Shown piece by piece: positions 37,918 to 47,293 of a stretch of DNA of 47,716 nt. The stretch is taken from contig CAMEJH010000006.1 of the NCBI GenBank assembly GCA_945919455.1, positions 1 through 47,716 of the forward strand, in the 5' to 3' direction. Every line of letters starts with the position of its first letter. Position 1 is the stretch's first letter. Position numbers and translations under genes: made by a program. The notes below the pieces were generated by a model. That model saw nothing but the letters and a program-made list of their open reading frames with translations. It was not told the DNA's origin and did no database searches. The DNA comes from an uncultured Clostridium sp. Its GTDB lineage: Bacteria > Bacillota > Clostridia > TANB77 > CAG-508.

Positions 37918-40421
37918 TATGTTTTTACTTTAAACCCCGTTTCTTCAATAACTTGCTTTATTTTACTATCATCTATTTCTTTTTGAGATTCTATAATTGC
38001 CGTTTTATTTTCTAGGCTTACTTCTACTTTTGTAACTCCTTCAATATAGCTTAGTGCTTTTTCTACACTCATTTTACAATGATTACATTGCATTCCTTCT
38101 ATTTTGATTGTTTTTGTATTCATTCTTTGTTCCTCCTTATAATTTACTTTAAAATTCTTAAGTCTTAATGCATTTGTTACAACACATACAGAGCTTAAAC
38201 TCATTGCTGCTGCGCCTATCATTGGGCTTAGCTTTAGCCCAATGCTTAAGTAAAATACTCCTGCTGCTACTGGTATTCCTATTGTATTATAGAAAAACGC
38301 CCAAAATAAATTCATTTTTATGTTTCTTATTACTGCTTTACTTAGACTAATTGCTGTTACTACATCTAATAAGCTATTTTTCATCAAAACTATATCTGCT
38401 GATTCTATTGCAATATCTGTTCCAGATCCTATTGCTAATCCCACATCTGCTTTTACAAGTGCTGGACTATCATTTATTCCATCTCCTACAAATGCAACTT
38501 TTTTACCTTGTTCTTGTAATTTTGCTACTTCTTTTTCTTTATCTTGTGGTAATACTTCTGAAACTACTTTATCTATTTCAAGTTCTTGGCCTATTGTTTC
38601 TGCAACAATTTTGCTGTCTCCTGTAAGCATTACTACTTCTATATTATTTTTCTTTAATTCTTTTATTGCTTGATGGCTTGTTTCCTTTATTGTATCTGCA
38701 ACTGCAACCATTCCAATTATATTATTTTCTTTTGCAAAATACAAGACTGTTTTTCCTTGTTTTAATAATTTATTGCTTTGTTCCTCTACTTGTGCTATGT
38801 CAACATTATTTTCTTTCATAAATGAAATATTTCCACCATAGTATGTTACACCTTCTATCTTTCCTTTTACTCCTCTTCCTGATATAGCTTCAAATTCATT
38901 TATTTCTAAGTTTTCAATTTGTTCTTGTTTTACTTTTTCCATTATTGCTTCTGCTAATGGATGTTCTGAATTTTTTTCAAGTGCACCTGCAATTTTTAAT
39001 AGCTCTTTTTCTCCTATCTTAGAAACAATGTCTGTAACTTTTGGCTTTCCTTCTGTGATTGTTCCTGTTTTGTCTAAAACTACTGTATCTACTTTGTGTA
39101 ACAGTTCTAAACTTTCTGCTGATTTTATTAATATTCCATTTTGTGCTCCTTTGCCTGTTCCAACCATTATTGCTACTGGAGTTGCCAAACCTAATGCACA
39201 TGGGCAAGATATTACTAAAACTGCTATTCCTATGCTTAATGCAAATTCAAAGTTTTGACCTTGTAATAACCAAAATATTGTTGCAAAGACTGCAATTGTT
39301 ATTACTACTGGTACAAATATTCCACTTACTTTATCTGCAAGTTTTGATATTGGGGCTTTTGAATTACTTGCTTCTTCTACTAATTTTATTATTTGTGATA
39401 ATGTTGTGTCATTTCCAACTTTTGTTGCTTTCATTTTGCAGTATCCATTTTTATTGATTGTTCCTGATACTACATTGTCTCCTATATTTTTTTCTACTGG
39501 TATGCTTTCTCCTGTTATGCTTGATTGGTCTATAGCTGTACTTCCTTCTATTACTATGCCGTCTACAGGAATACTTCCTCCTGGCTTGATTGCTATAATA
39601 TCTCCTTGTACAATTTCTTCTACAGCAATTTCTGTTTCTTTGTTTTCTCTAATTACAACAGCTGTTTTAGGTGCTAAATTTATCAATTTGCTTATTGCAT
39701 CACTTGTTTTACCTTTTGATTTTGTTTCTAAGTATTTTCCTACTGTTATTAATGTTAGTATTGTTCCTGCTGATTCAAAATATATATCCATTGAGTATCT
39801 TTGAACTAGCTCAATTTGATTATGACCTAGTCCATAACCTATCATATATATTGCAAATATTCCATAAACTATTGCTGCTGAACTTCCTATGGCGATTAAT
39901 GAGTCCATATTGGGAGAGACTTTGAATAGCCTTTTAAATCCTACAATAAAGTAGTTTCTGTTTACATATACAATTGGTAGTAATAGCAAAAATTGTGTAA
40001 ATCCGAATGTTATTGCATTTTCTGTTCCATGAAATAAGTCGTTTATAAATATTGGAATTGGTAATCCAAACCATTCATAAAACATATGATACATTGCTAT
40101 ATACATTAGTGGTATTAAAAAACATACTGATATTATTAGTCTTTTTTTCATTGATTTTATTACATCCTGATTGTTTGGTGCTTTTTTGGTTTGTGTATTT
40201 TTTTCTGTACTACTTATTCTTGCTCCATACCCTGCATCTATTACTGCTTTTATTATTTTTTCATTATTGGTTATATTTTCATCATATTCTACTATCATAT
40301 TGTTTGACAACAAGTTTACATTTACTGATTTTATTCCTTCTAACTTACTTACTGCTCTTTCTACATGTGCTGAACAACTGCTACAGGTCATTCCTTGTAT
40401 GTCAAATTTTTCTTTTTTCAT
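37917..40421 (-). CDS. copA: Copper-translocating P1B-type ATPase with N- and C-terminal HMA domains
   Basis: GMTCSSC, CPC, DKTGT, SEHP, GDGIND, YN, MSLSS; C-terminal GMQCNHC. Confidence 0.93.
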   Translation of the reverse strand: MKKEKFDIQGMTCSSCSAHVERAVSKLEGIKSVNVNLLSNNMIVEYDENITNNEKIIKAVIDAGYGARISSTEKNTQTKKAPNNQDVIKSMKKRLIISVCFLIPLMYIAMYHMFYEWFGLPIPIFINDLFHGTENAITFGFTQFLLLLPIVYVNRNYFIVGFKRLFKVSPNMDSLIAIGSSAAIVYGIFAIYMIGYGLGHNQIELVQRYSMDIYFESAGTILTLITVGKYLETKSKGKTSDAISKLINLAPKTAVVIRENKETEIAVEEIVQGDIIAIKPGGSIPVDGIVIEGSTAIDQSSITGESIPVEKNIGDNVVSGTINKNGYCKMKATKVGNDTTLSQIIKLVEEASNSKAPISKLADKVSGIFVPVVITIAVFATIFWLLQGQNFEFALSIGIAVLVISCPCALGLATPVAIMVGTGKGAQNGILIKSAESLELLHKVDTVVLDKTGTITEGKPKVTDIVSKIGEKELLKIAGALEKNSEHPLAEAIMEKVKQEQIENLEINEFEAISGRGVKGKIEGVTYYGGNISFMKENNVDIAQVEEQSNKLLKQGKTVLYFAKENNIIGMVAVADTIKETSHQAIKELKKNNIEVVMLTGDSKIVAETIGQELEIDKVVSEVLPQDKEKEVAKLQEQGKKVAFVGDGINDSPALVKADVGLAIGSGTDIAIESADIVLMKNSLLDVVTAISLSKAVIRNIKMNLFWAFFYNTIGIPVAAGVFYLSIGLKLSPMIGAAAMSLSSVCVVTNALRLKNFKVNYKEEQRMNTKTIKIEGMQCNHCKMSVEKALSYIEGVTKVEVSLENKTAIIESQKEIDDSKIKQVIEETGFKVKT

Positions 40422-40471
40422 TTTTTATCATCTCCTTTATCATAATATACCCCAATTCTGAGTTTGTCAAC

Positions 40472-40500
40472 AAAAAATTAGAGCCACTTAAAGTGACTCT
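40472..40500 (-). terminator. Terminator of RNA copy 2
   Basis: AGAGUCAC-uuuaa-GUGGCUCU followed by AAUUUUUU. Confidence 0.7.
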
Positions 40501-40510
40501 ATAAGTTAAA

Positions 40511-40594
40511 GATTATTTGGTAGGAGTCGCCATCCCTACATCTCTTTTGACCACAAGGGTGCGTGGTTGCAACATTTTACCACCTCAAATAATC
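40511..40594 (-). ncRNA. PBECR-associated structured RNA, copy 2
   Basis: 9-bp closing stem GAUUAUUUG/CAAAUAAUC and three internal hairpins; promoter TTTACA-17-TATAAT (40613-40641) overlapping the nuclease stop codon. Confidence 0.72.
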
Positions 40595-40624
40595 TATTTA
40601 TATTGTATTTTTATTATAGCATTT

Positions 40625-41020
40625 TTATTCATTTTTGTAAACTATTTTTCCATTATTTATATATGATTTTAATCTATTTGAGCCAACTGGTATACAAGTA
40701 ATAATAGAATTTTTATTTCTAATATTTTCTTCTTCAACTGCCAGTCTTAATACTAGATTAATACAATTAATTTTTCCTTTTTTACTTTTAGGAACTAATT
40801 TTTTTAATAATAATGCAGTTTTTTCTCTAGAAGAATCTTTTAATATATAATCAGGATTTTCTACTGCTTCCTGTAAATAGTTCTCATACTTTTCCAAAAC
40901 TTCTGGATGTCTCTCTTTTATATGTTCTCTTTGTTTTTCTGTTAGCACAACTTCATCCGTGATTATTTTCTGAGAAATATCCTTAAATTTTTCTCTGTCT
41001 ATTTTGCCAATATTTTGCAA
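40625..41020 (-). CDS. PBECR2-like nuclease-fold protein
   Basis: VVLTEKQREHIKERHPE, ENPDYILKD, NSIIT; TTG start after AGGAG; own promoter TTGACA-17-TATAAT (~41104-41132). Confidence 0.7.
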   Translation of the reverse strand: MQNIGKIDREKFKDISQKIITDEVVLTEKQREHIKERHPEVLEKYENYLQEAVENPDYILKDSSREKTALLLKKLVPKSKKGKINCINLVLRLAVEEENIRNKNSIITCIPVGSNRLKSYINNGKIVYKNE

Positions 41021-41217
41021 CTTTTGTTATTACTCCTTTTATTTTGGGTTTTTATATAGAATTTATTTTTAATAAAATTTTTTGAATAAATAATACTTGA
41101 ATTATTATAATATGTAACATATATTTTGTCAAGAAAAACATTTCGACAAAATTCGAGCTTTTCCAGCAATTTCAATAAATAAAGCCACATTTCTGTGACT
41201 CTATAATTTGCTTATAT

Positions 41218-41439
41218 CTATCTTTCGCTTTTGCTAAAAAAGTTAATTAAATATTCTATTGTTTGTTTATCATCATCTTTTAACTTTTCGAATCCAGCTA
41301 ATCCATATTCTAATTTTTTATTTTGCTTTACATTTAAATATTTGCTAAATATTTGATCTTTAGTTTATCAATTTCTTCTCTGATATTTTTTCGTTTTCTT
41401 CCATTCTAATAGCTTATGTTAGATTTTCATATCTAACAT
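41218..41439 (-). pseudogene. Degraded small gene, possibly an XRE/HTH regulator remnant
   Basis: Strong AAGGAGG RBS and ATG followed by early stops; residual frame ...KYLNVKQNKKLEYGLAGFEKLKDDDKQTIEYLINFFSKSER*. Confidence 0.4.
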
Positions 41440-41732
41440 ATCCTCCTTAGTATTTTTTAATTGTTTTTCTTTAGTGTTTTTGTTTTTTCTTTTTTTATTC
41501 ATATTTTAGATTTTGCATGATTTCCTTTATTTTGATATAATTTTTTGATTACAATTTTATTTAGAATTGACTAGACTACAAAATATAGTCTCGTTAATAG
41601 TACTATTTTTTAGTTGTTTGTCAAGAGCTCTGGTGGTTCTTTAATTGTAATACTATCATCACTTTCTATTTGACCATTTATGCAAATTAAATCTTATTTA
41701 AATAGTTCGCTGTAAATATTCTAATATTTACG

Positions 41733-41770
41733 CAAAAAAATATAGTGTGTATTTTAATTTACACACTATA
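41733..41770 (-). terminator. Intrinsic terminator downstream of the pilin/CLec gene
   Basis: TATAGTGTGTA...TACACACTATA with a minus-strand U-run. Confidence 0.65.
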
Positions 41771-41930
41771 TGTATATTTCTTCTCGCCCAGAAATTTTAA
41801 TTTCTGGCCTCGTATAAACATAAATTTTCCATTTCGCGTTTTTTAATCGCGAAGCTCTTGACTTCTTTTTTATATTTTTTATTCAATTTCATTTTTCTCT
41901 ACTTCTTCTAATTAGTATCAGCATACATTC

Positions 41931-43565
41931 CTACAAAAAAAGTGAGGGGCGAGCTGAATCGAAGCAGCTGCTGTTGTAGGTGCAACTGACGCCTACTAAG
42001 TAAGCAGAGCCGCCGCCGCCGTTGATGAAACTGCCTCCCCTAGTGGTACACGGACGATTTTTGAAATCGCTATACCTTTCTAATGTAAATTCATATAAAT
42101 TTCCAGCAAAGTCATAGATATTTAAACTACTGTTTTGTTCACTTGCTCCTGTTGTACATAGCCAGATATTACTTGATGTCTTTGCAGTTTTATCATTCCA
42201 ATTTTCTGGAAGTATATATGGACTGCTAGATGTATATATATTATAGTATCCTCTGTCCATTGTAAATGTACTATTATTATAATTTCCCCATAATTTACTA
42301 TAAGTATTATTAGTCAACCAATCTGATTTTGTTGTTGCTGTATTGTTTGTATCATACTTTTCAATAAATACACATACTGCCTCCAATTGCACCCCAAACA
42401 TTAATGAACTTGTTGTTGTTCCATATTCATTTTCTTGTCCAATTTTTCTAGCTAACATTTGTGCCTGACTTTGAGTTATCCAAGTATATCCAACTGCATT
42501 AGCTTTACTTACAGGTGTTGGCATACCATATATTGATGGCGCAGCATCTGTTCTTACTGTAGTACTTGTATTTGTATCTGAACTTGCTGTATATTCACTC
42601 ATACTTGTTCTTGTTAAATTTTGAGCTGTTGCAGTATCTGTCGCTACTCCTGTTCCCATTTCATATCTTCCAATGTAAAATCCACCATTTTTATATACAC
42701 TTACTAACATATTATGATATAAATTATTGTAATCTGCTTCTGTCATATTTCCATTTGTATAATATATAAATTCACTTCCATTATAATATCCATATTGTCC
42801 ATAATTTTTATCTCCATACCATTCATCTTTATAACTACTACTAGCATATGTTGCTGTATAAGTTTTTAAAGCCGTTTCGATATTTGAAAAATCCGTATCT
42901 GTAAATGCTGAATTTGCTGCTGTCTTGGCTGTTGTTACTGCTGAATAATCTACACCCCAATCTCTACTTGCATTTTTTTCAAATACGGGTATCCATACAT
43001 ATTGGTTATCTACTCTGTCTTCTACTACTATTCCTTCTACTACATTTGTTGGCGAATCTGTTGATACATTAAATCCATCTGGAATTGTTATTGTATCTCC
43101 ATTGTCATCTGTTATTGTTGTATTTCCACTTACTGGATTTTGACTTGTTATTAAATCTGCTAATGTTGGTGGTTCTGTTGGTCCATTACCACCACCAGCC
43201 TCAGTAATTGTTCCATTTGTATCTACTGTATAACTTCTTCCACTATCATTATATTTTATTATAAATGGTCCATCTCCTGTTACTGTTGCTTTTCCTCCTG
43301 TTAAATTTAGAATTTCTTCTTCTAACTTTGATTTTATTATTGCTCCATATCCATTTTCTCTTGATGCATTTACTGCTAAGCTTACTTGTTCTTTTTCTTC
43401 TCCAATTTTTGTTTTATCTTTTGCACCTACTGCTTGTTTTATTATTCCATTTTCTCCTGTTAACATTGAAATACTTACTCCTGCTAGAATTAACAAAACT
43501 ACTATTGTTACTACTAAAGCTATTAATGTTATACCATTAAAATTTGTACTTTTTTGTTTTTTCAT
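41931..43565 (-). CDS. Pilin-like surface protein with C-terminal FGE-sulfatase/C-type lectin fold; probable DGR target
   Basis: NG|ITLIALVVTIVVLL; NQYVWIPV, GGFYIGRYE, NIYDFAGNLYEFT, RGGS, terminal RPSLFL. Confidence 0.85.
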   Translation of the reverse strand: MKKQKSTNFNGITLIALVVTIVVLLILAGVSISMLTGENGIIKQAVGAKDKTKIGEEKEQVSLAVNASRENGYGAIIKSKLEEEILNLTGGKATVTGDGPFIIKYNDSGRSYTVDTNGTITEAGGGNGPTEPPTLADLITSQNPVSGNTTITDDNGDTITIPDGFNVSTDSPTNVVEGIVVEDRVDNQYVWIPVFEKNASRDWGVDYSAVTTAKTAANSAFTDTDFSNIETALKTYTATYASSSYKDEWYGDKNYGQYGYYNGSEFIYYTNGNMTEADYNNLYHNMLVSVYKNGGFYIGRYEMGTGVATDTATAQNLTRTSMSEYTASSDTNTSTTVRTDAAPSIYGMPTPVSKANAVGYTWITQSQAQMLARKIGQENEYGTTTSSLMFGVQLEAVCVFIEKYDTNNTATTKSDWLTNNTYSKLWGNYNNSTFTMDRGYYNIYTSSSPYILPENWNDKTAKTSSNIWLCTTGASEQNSSLNIYDFAGNLYEFTLERYSDFKNRPCTTRGGSFINGGGGSAYLVGVSCTYNSSCFDSARPSLFL

Positions 43566-43897
43566 TTGAATTCTCCCTTTCTCTTTTTTCTAATATTATT
43601 ATTAGCTACATATTATTTTCAAGTCTATTTTTCATTAATTAAATAAATTAAAGAATTTAAAAAATTATATTTAGCATGAAATTATCAATTTATGGTAAAG
43701 TACTTTTCTATAATATAGTATGTAAATTTTCTTAAAAATAATTTACAAAACTATTGATTTTTTAATAATTTATTGGTATATTTATTTTACAAGTTTATCT
43801 TTAATTTATTTAATTAAAGACGTTTTTTATTTTCAAAGGCAAAAAAATATACCATAACATGATAATCTATCAAAATTATGATATATTTTTACTTATT

Positions 43898-44551
43898 TTA
43901 TTTTTTCTTCAAATCATATACAATATTAACTTTATCACAAACATTTTGAGAATGAGTAACAATTATAATACATTTATTCTCATCTTTTGCAAGATGCTCA
44001 AAAATTTTCAAAATTTCGCTTTCTGTATCTTTATCAAGATTTCCTGTTGGCTCATCTGCAATAATTATTTTAGGATTATATGACAAACTTCTTGCAATAG
44101 CAATACGTTGTTGTTCTCCTCCTGATAATTTTAAAATTTTTCTATTTGCATGTTCTTCTGAAAGTCCTACACTTTTCATAAGTTCTAAAACTCTCTGTTT
44201 TTTGTTTTTTACCTTAACTTTGCTAATATCCATTGAAAGAATAATATTTTCAATTGCAGTTAATCGTGGTAATAAATTATAACTTTGAAATACAATTCCT
44301 ATGTCTGTATTTCTATAAGTATCTAAATTCATCTTTTTTAAATTTTTACCATCATATAAAATCTGTCCTTCTGTACATTTTTCCAGTCCTGTAATTAACG
44401 AAAGTAGAGTTGTTTTTCCACTTCCACTTTTCCCTCTAATTGCATACATCTTGCCTTCTTCAAACTCATAATTGATATTTTTAAACACATAAGTATCTTT
44501 TGGAGCATCTTTATATCTATATGATACATCTTCTAATTTTAATATTCCCAT
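43898..44551 (-). CDS. ABC ATP-binding protein (LolD/MacB-like)
   Basis: GKSGSGKT, LSGGEQQR, ADEPTGNLD. Confidence 0.92.
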   Translation of the reverse strand: MGILKLEDVSYRYKDAPKDTYVFKNINYEFEEGKMYAIRGKSGSGKTTLLSLITGLEKCTEGQILYDGKNLKKMNLDTYRNTDIGIVFQSYNLLPRLTAIENIILSMDISKVKVKNKKQRVLELMKSVGLSEEHANRKILKLSGGEQQRIAIARSLSYNPKIIIADEPTGNLDKDTESEILKIFEHLAKDENKCIIIVTHSQNVCDKVNIVYDLKKK

Positions 44552-44553
44552 AG

Positions 44554-46119
44554 TTATGACCTCTCTTTCAATATAGTAAGTGGTGAAAATCTTTGTATAC
44601 TAATCATAGATGCTAAACTACTAATTAATGTTAGTAATAAACCTACTCCAAGTAATTGAAGTACAACTGTAAAGTCTACTACTGCTTCCATGCTTTCAAT
44701 GGCTTGCACTTGTTCTCTATTGTTAAATTGCATATCCATACCTGGTTTTCCAAAATTATTATTAATTTCTTCTTGTTCATCTTGGCTTGATTCTATTTCA
44801 TTTGCAAGTAACATATTTCCAACTGGTCTAGCTAAAAGTCCTCCTATTACAGCTCCTACAATCAATGCAATTGTTGCAACTATTAGCAATTCTAAAATAA
44901 ATTGAAGTGTCAATTTGAATTTACTTACACCTATAGTTCTAAATACACCTATTTCATATTTTCTTTCTCTAATATTTATCATATTAATTACAAATAAGAC
45001 TAAAGAAGATATAATTAGTGTTATTATTAAAAATGTTGTTGCAAATGTTCTTACATTTTCAATGGATTTTGTTGCATTGTTTAGTTCATCTATATTTGTA
45101 TTAATTGTATAATATTCATTTAAACCTTTTTCTTTTACTTCTGCAGTAAAGCTTTCTATGCCTTCTTCACCATTTAATATAAATGATGGAGTTATATTTG
45201 TTACAAGTGTGCTATCATCTGCAACTAATAAATCTATTACTCCACTTCCTGTAATTATCTTGTTTGCAGATTGCGAATACATACTTGCTGAATCATCACT
45301 ATCATTATTATCTTTATAAATTCCTGTTAATGTAAAATCATATGTTTTTTCTGTGGTTGAATTTTTTAATGTAATTGTATCTCCAACTGATACTTCATTT
45401 AGAGTTGCAAGTTCTGAACTCATTACACATTCATATCCATCAAAATTTGAGATCATTTCTCCTTCTGTTATTTCATATGTTCCACTCACAAAATCTATCA
45501 TTGCATCATATGATGAATATCCATCTAGTTCAAAATCTCCTGTTAAATTTCTACTACTCTCAAATTTTTCTTTTGATCTTGTTATTATTGTTGTTGTATT
45601 ATTATTTGTTATAGTATGTCTTTCTCCCATTGGTCCACCATTCATTCCTGGTTTACCTGTTCCTTCACCACTTCCTCCTGTGGTACTTGTTGTTGTATTT
45701 GTTGTAGTTGTTGTTTGACTATCTTCTACTTCATATTCATATGAATCTGTAGCCTTGCTTAGGGTGTCACTATTTAATGAAGTTGCATAAATATAGTAAT
45801 ATCCTTTCAAATATTCGCTTTCTCCATAGTTTTTAACTTCATCAATTGTAATAGATGCTATGTTGTTAAATGCTTCAATATTTTCTTTTTGTGCATCTTC
45901 TCCACCTTTAAATTGTTGTCCTAATTGATTTCTATCAAATGATATTGTTGCAATTAGATCATGAGCATCTTCATAATTCTTTACCAGCGTATTAGCTGTA
46001 TTTCTTATTGCTAATGTTACTGTTGATGCTGCGGCTATTGTTAGTATTATTAAACCTATTAGTATGTTCCTCCCTTTATTTCTAATAATTGAAATCAAAC
46101 TGTTTTTTAAAATATACAT
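44554..46119 (-). CDS. ABC permease (MacB/FtsX family)
   Basis: MYILKNSLISIIRNKGRNILIG after AGGAGG; RERKYEIGVFRTIG; 4 TMs; Thr/Gly-rich linker. Confidence 0.88.
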   Translation of the reverse strand: MYILKNSLISIIRNKGRNILIGLIILTIAAASTVTLAIRNTANTLVKNYEDAHDLIATISFDRNQLGQQFKGGEDAQKENIEAFNNIASITIDEVKNYGESEYLKGYYYIYATSLNSDTLSKATDSYEYEVEDSQTTTTTNTTTSTTGGSGEGTGKPGMNGGPMGERHTITNNNTTTIITRSKEKFESSRNLTGDFELDGYSSYDAMIDFVSGTYEITEGEMISNFDGYECVMSSELATLNEVSVGDTITLKNSTTEKTYDFTLTGIYKDNNDSDDSASMYSQSANKIITGSGVIDLLVADDSTLVTNITPSFILNGEEGIESFTAEVKEKGLNEYYTINTNIDELNNATKSIENVRTFATTFLIITLIISSLVLFVINMINIRERKYEIGVFRTIGVSKFKLTLQFILELLIVATIALIVGAVIGGLLARPVGNMLLANEIESSQDEQEEINNNFGKPGMDMQFNNREQVQAIESMEAVVDFTVVLQLLGVGLLLTLISSLASMISIQRFSPLTILKERS

Positions 46120-46136
46120 TTCTTTCTTCCTCCTTT

Positions 46137-46200
46137 GAGCAATTTCATCCCAGGTTTCTTTTTGCCCTTTGGGTAATTTCATTCCGAGTTTCTTTTTGCC
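46137..46200. repeat. Tandem pair of a divergent variant of the dispersed repeat
   Basis: GAGCAATTTCATCCCAGGTTTCTTTTTGCCC and GGGTAATTTCATTCCGAGTTTCTTTTTGCC, period 34. Confidence 0.7.
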
Positions 46201-46282
46201 ATCGTTTTATAATATAATATAGAAACATTGAAAATTTATTGAAAAAAAGGAAGTAGATTAATTTTCTACTTCTCTTTACTTT

Positions 46283-47293
46283 TCACCCTATTGGTAAGAC
46301 AACTTTAAAACTTGTAACTCCATCTTTACAATCTACTTCTATTTTCCCATTATATTTTTGGACAGTTGATTTCGCAATTGCTAAGCCTAATCCATATCTT
46401 TTTTCACTTCTATTTCTAGATTTGTCAACACGATAAAATCTCTCAAAAATTTTATCCCTTTGATTTTCTGGAATTGGCTCTCCTACATTCTTTACTTGTA
46501 AAATAATATTATTTTTTTCTTTTGCCAGCTCGACTTTAACCTCTTTTTTAGGCTCACAATGTTTTATTGCATTATCTATTAAAGTTGATAATATATGTTC
46601 GATCTCTTGTCTACTTCCATTTATAGTTACTTCATCTTGAATATTTGTAACAATTGTTACTTGTTTTTCATAAGCCATACTTTCAAACATAGCTGACACA
46701 ACTTGGACTTCTTCTGATACATTGATTTGTTCATAATTTCTAACTTCATCTGCATTTTCAATTTTTGCAAGTAATAGTAATTCATTTATTAACTTGTCCA
46801 TGCTGTCTGTTTCATTTTGAATGTATGTAAGCCATTTATTGTTTCCAATTTCATTTTCAAGTACATCTGTGTTGGCTTGTATAACAGCGAGTGGTGTCTT
46901 TAATTCGTGTGATGCATCTGAGATAAATTGTTTCTGCTTTTCTAATGTTTCATAAACAGGTTTTACTATTATTTCTGATGTTTTTTTAGAGATTGAATAT
47001 ATTACAAGTAAAGATAATCCAGATACAATAGAAGAAAATATTATTACTATTTTTATATGTTTATTAACTTTTTCATTTTCTTCGTTTATAAAATCTTCTA
47101 TTTCTGGGTTCATTCGTTCCCCTTGAAATCCTGCATGGTCTCTCATTCTAGTTATTCTATTTATACTCATTTTTGATGCATTTATTGTATTTGTACAATT
47201 TAAAAATGCAAATAATATAATAATTCCTAAAACAATTATTGATAAAGATGTCATCATAAGTGCAAATATTTTTGATTTTAATTTCTTAATCAT
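46283..47293 (-). CDS. Sensor histidine kinase
   Basis: FISDASHELKTPL, DNAIKH, IFERFYRVDKSR, GLGLAIA. Confidence 0.93.
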   Translation of the reverse strand: MIKKLKSKIFALMMTSLSIIVLGIIILFAFLNCTNTINASKMSINRITRMRDHAGFQGERMNPEIEDFINEENEKVNKHIKIVIIFSSIVSGLSLLVIYSISKKTSEIIVKPVYETLEKQKQFISDASHELKTPLAVIQANTDVLENEIGNNKWLTYIQNETDSMDKLINELLLLAKIENADEVRNYEQINVSEEVQVVSAMFESMAYEKQVTIVTNIQDEVTINGSRQEIEHILSTLIDNAIKHCEPKKEVKVELAKEKNNIILQVKNVGEPIPENQRDKIFERFYRVDKSRNRSEKRYGLGLAIAKSTVQKYNGKIEVDCKDGVTSFKVVLPIG

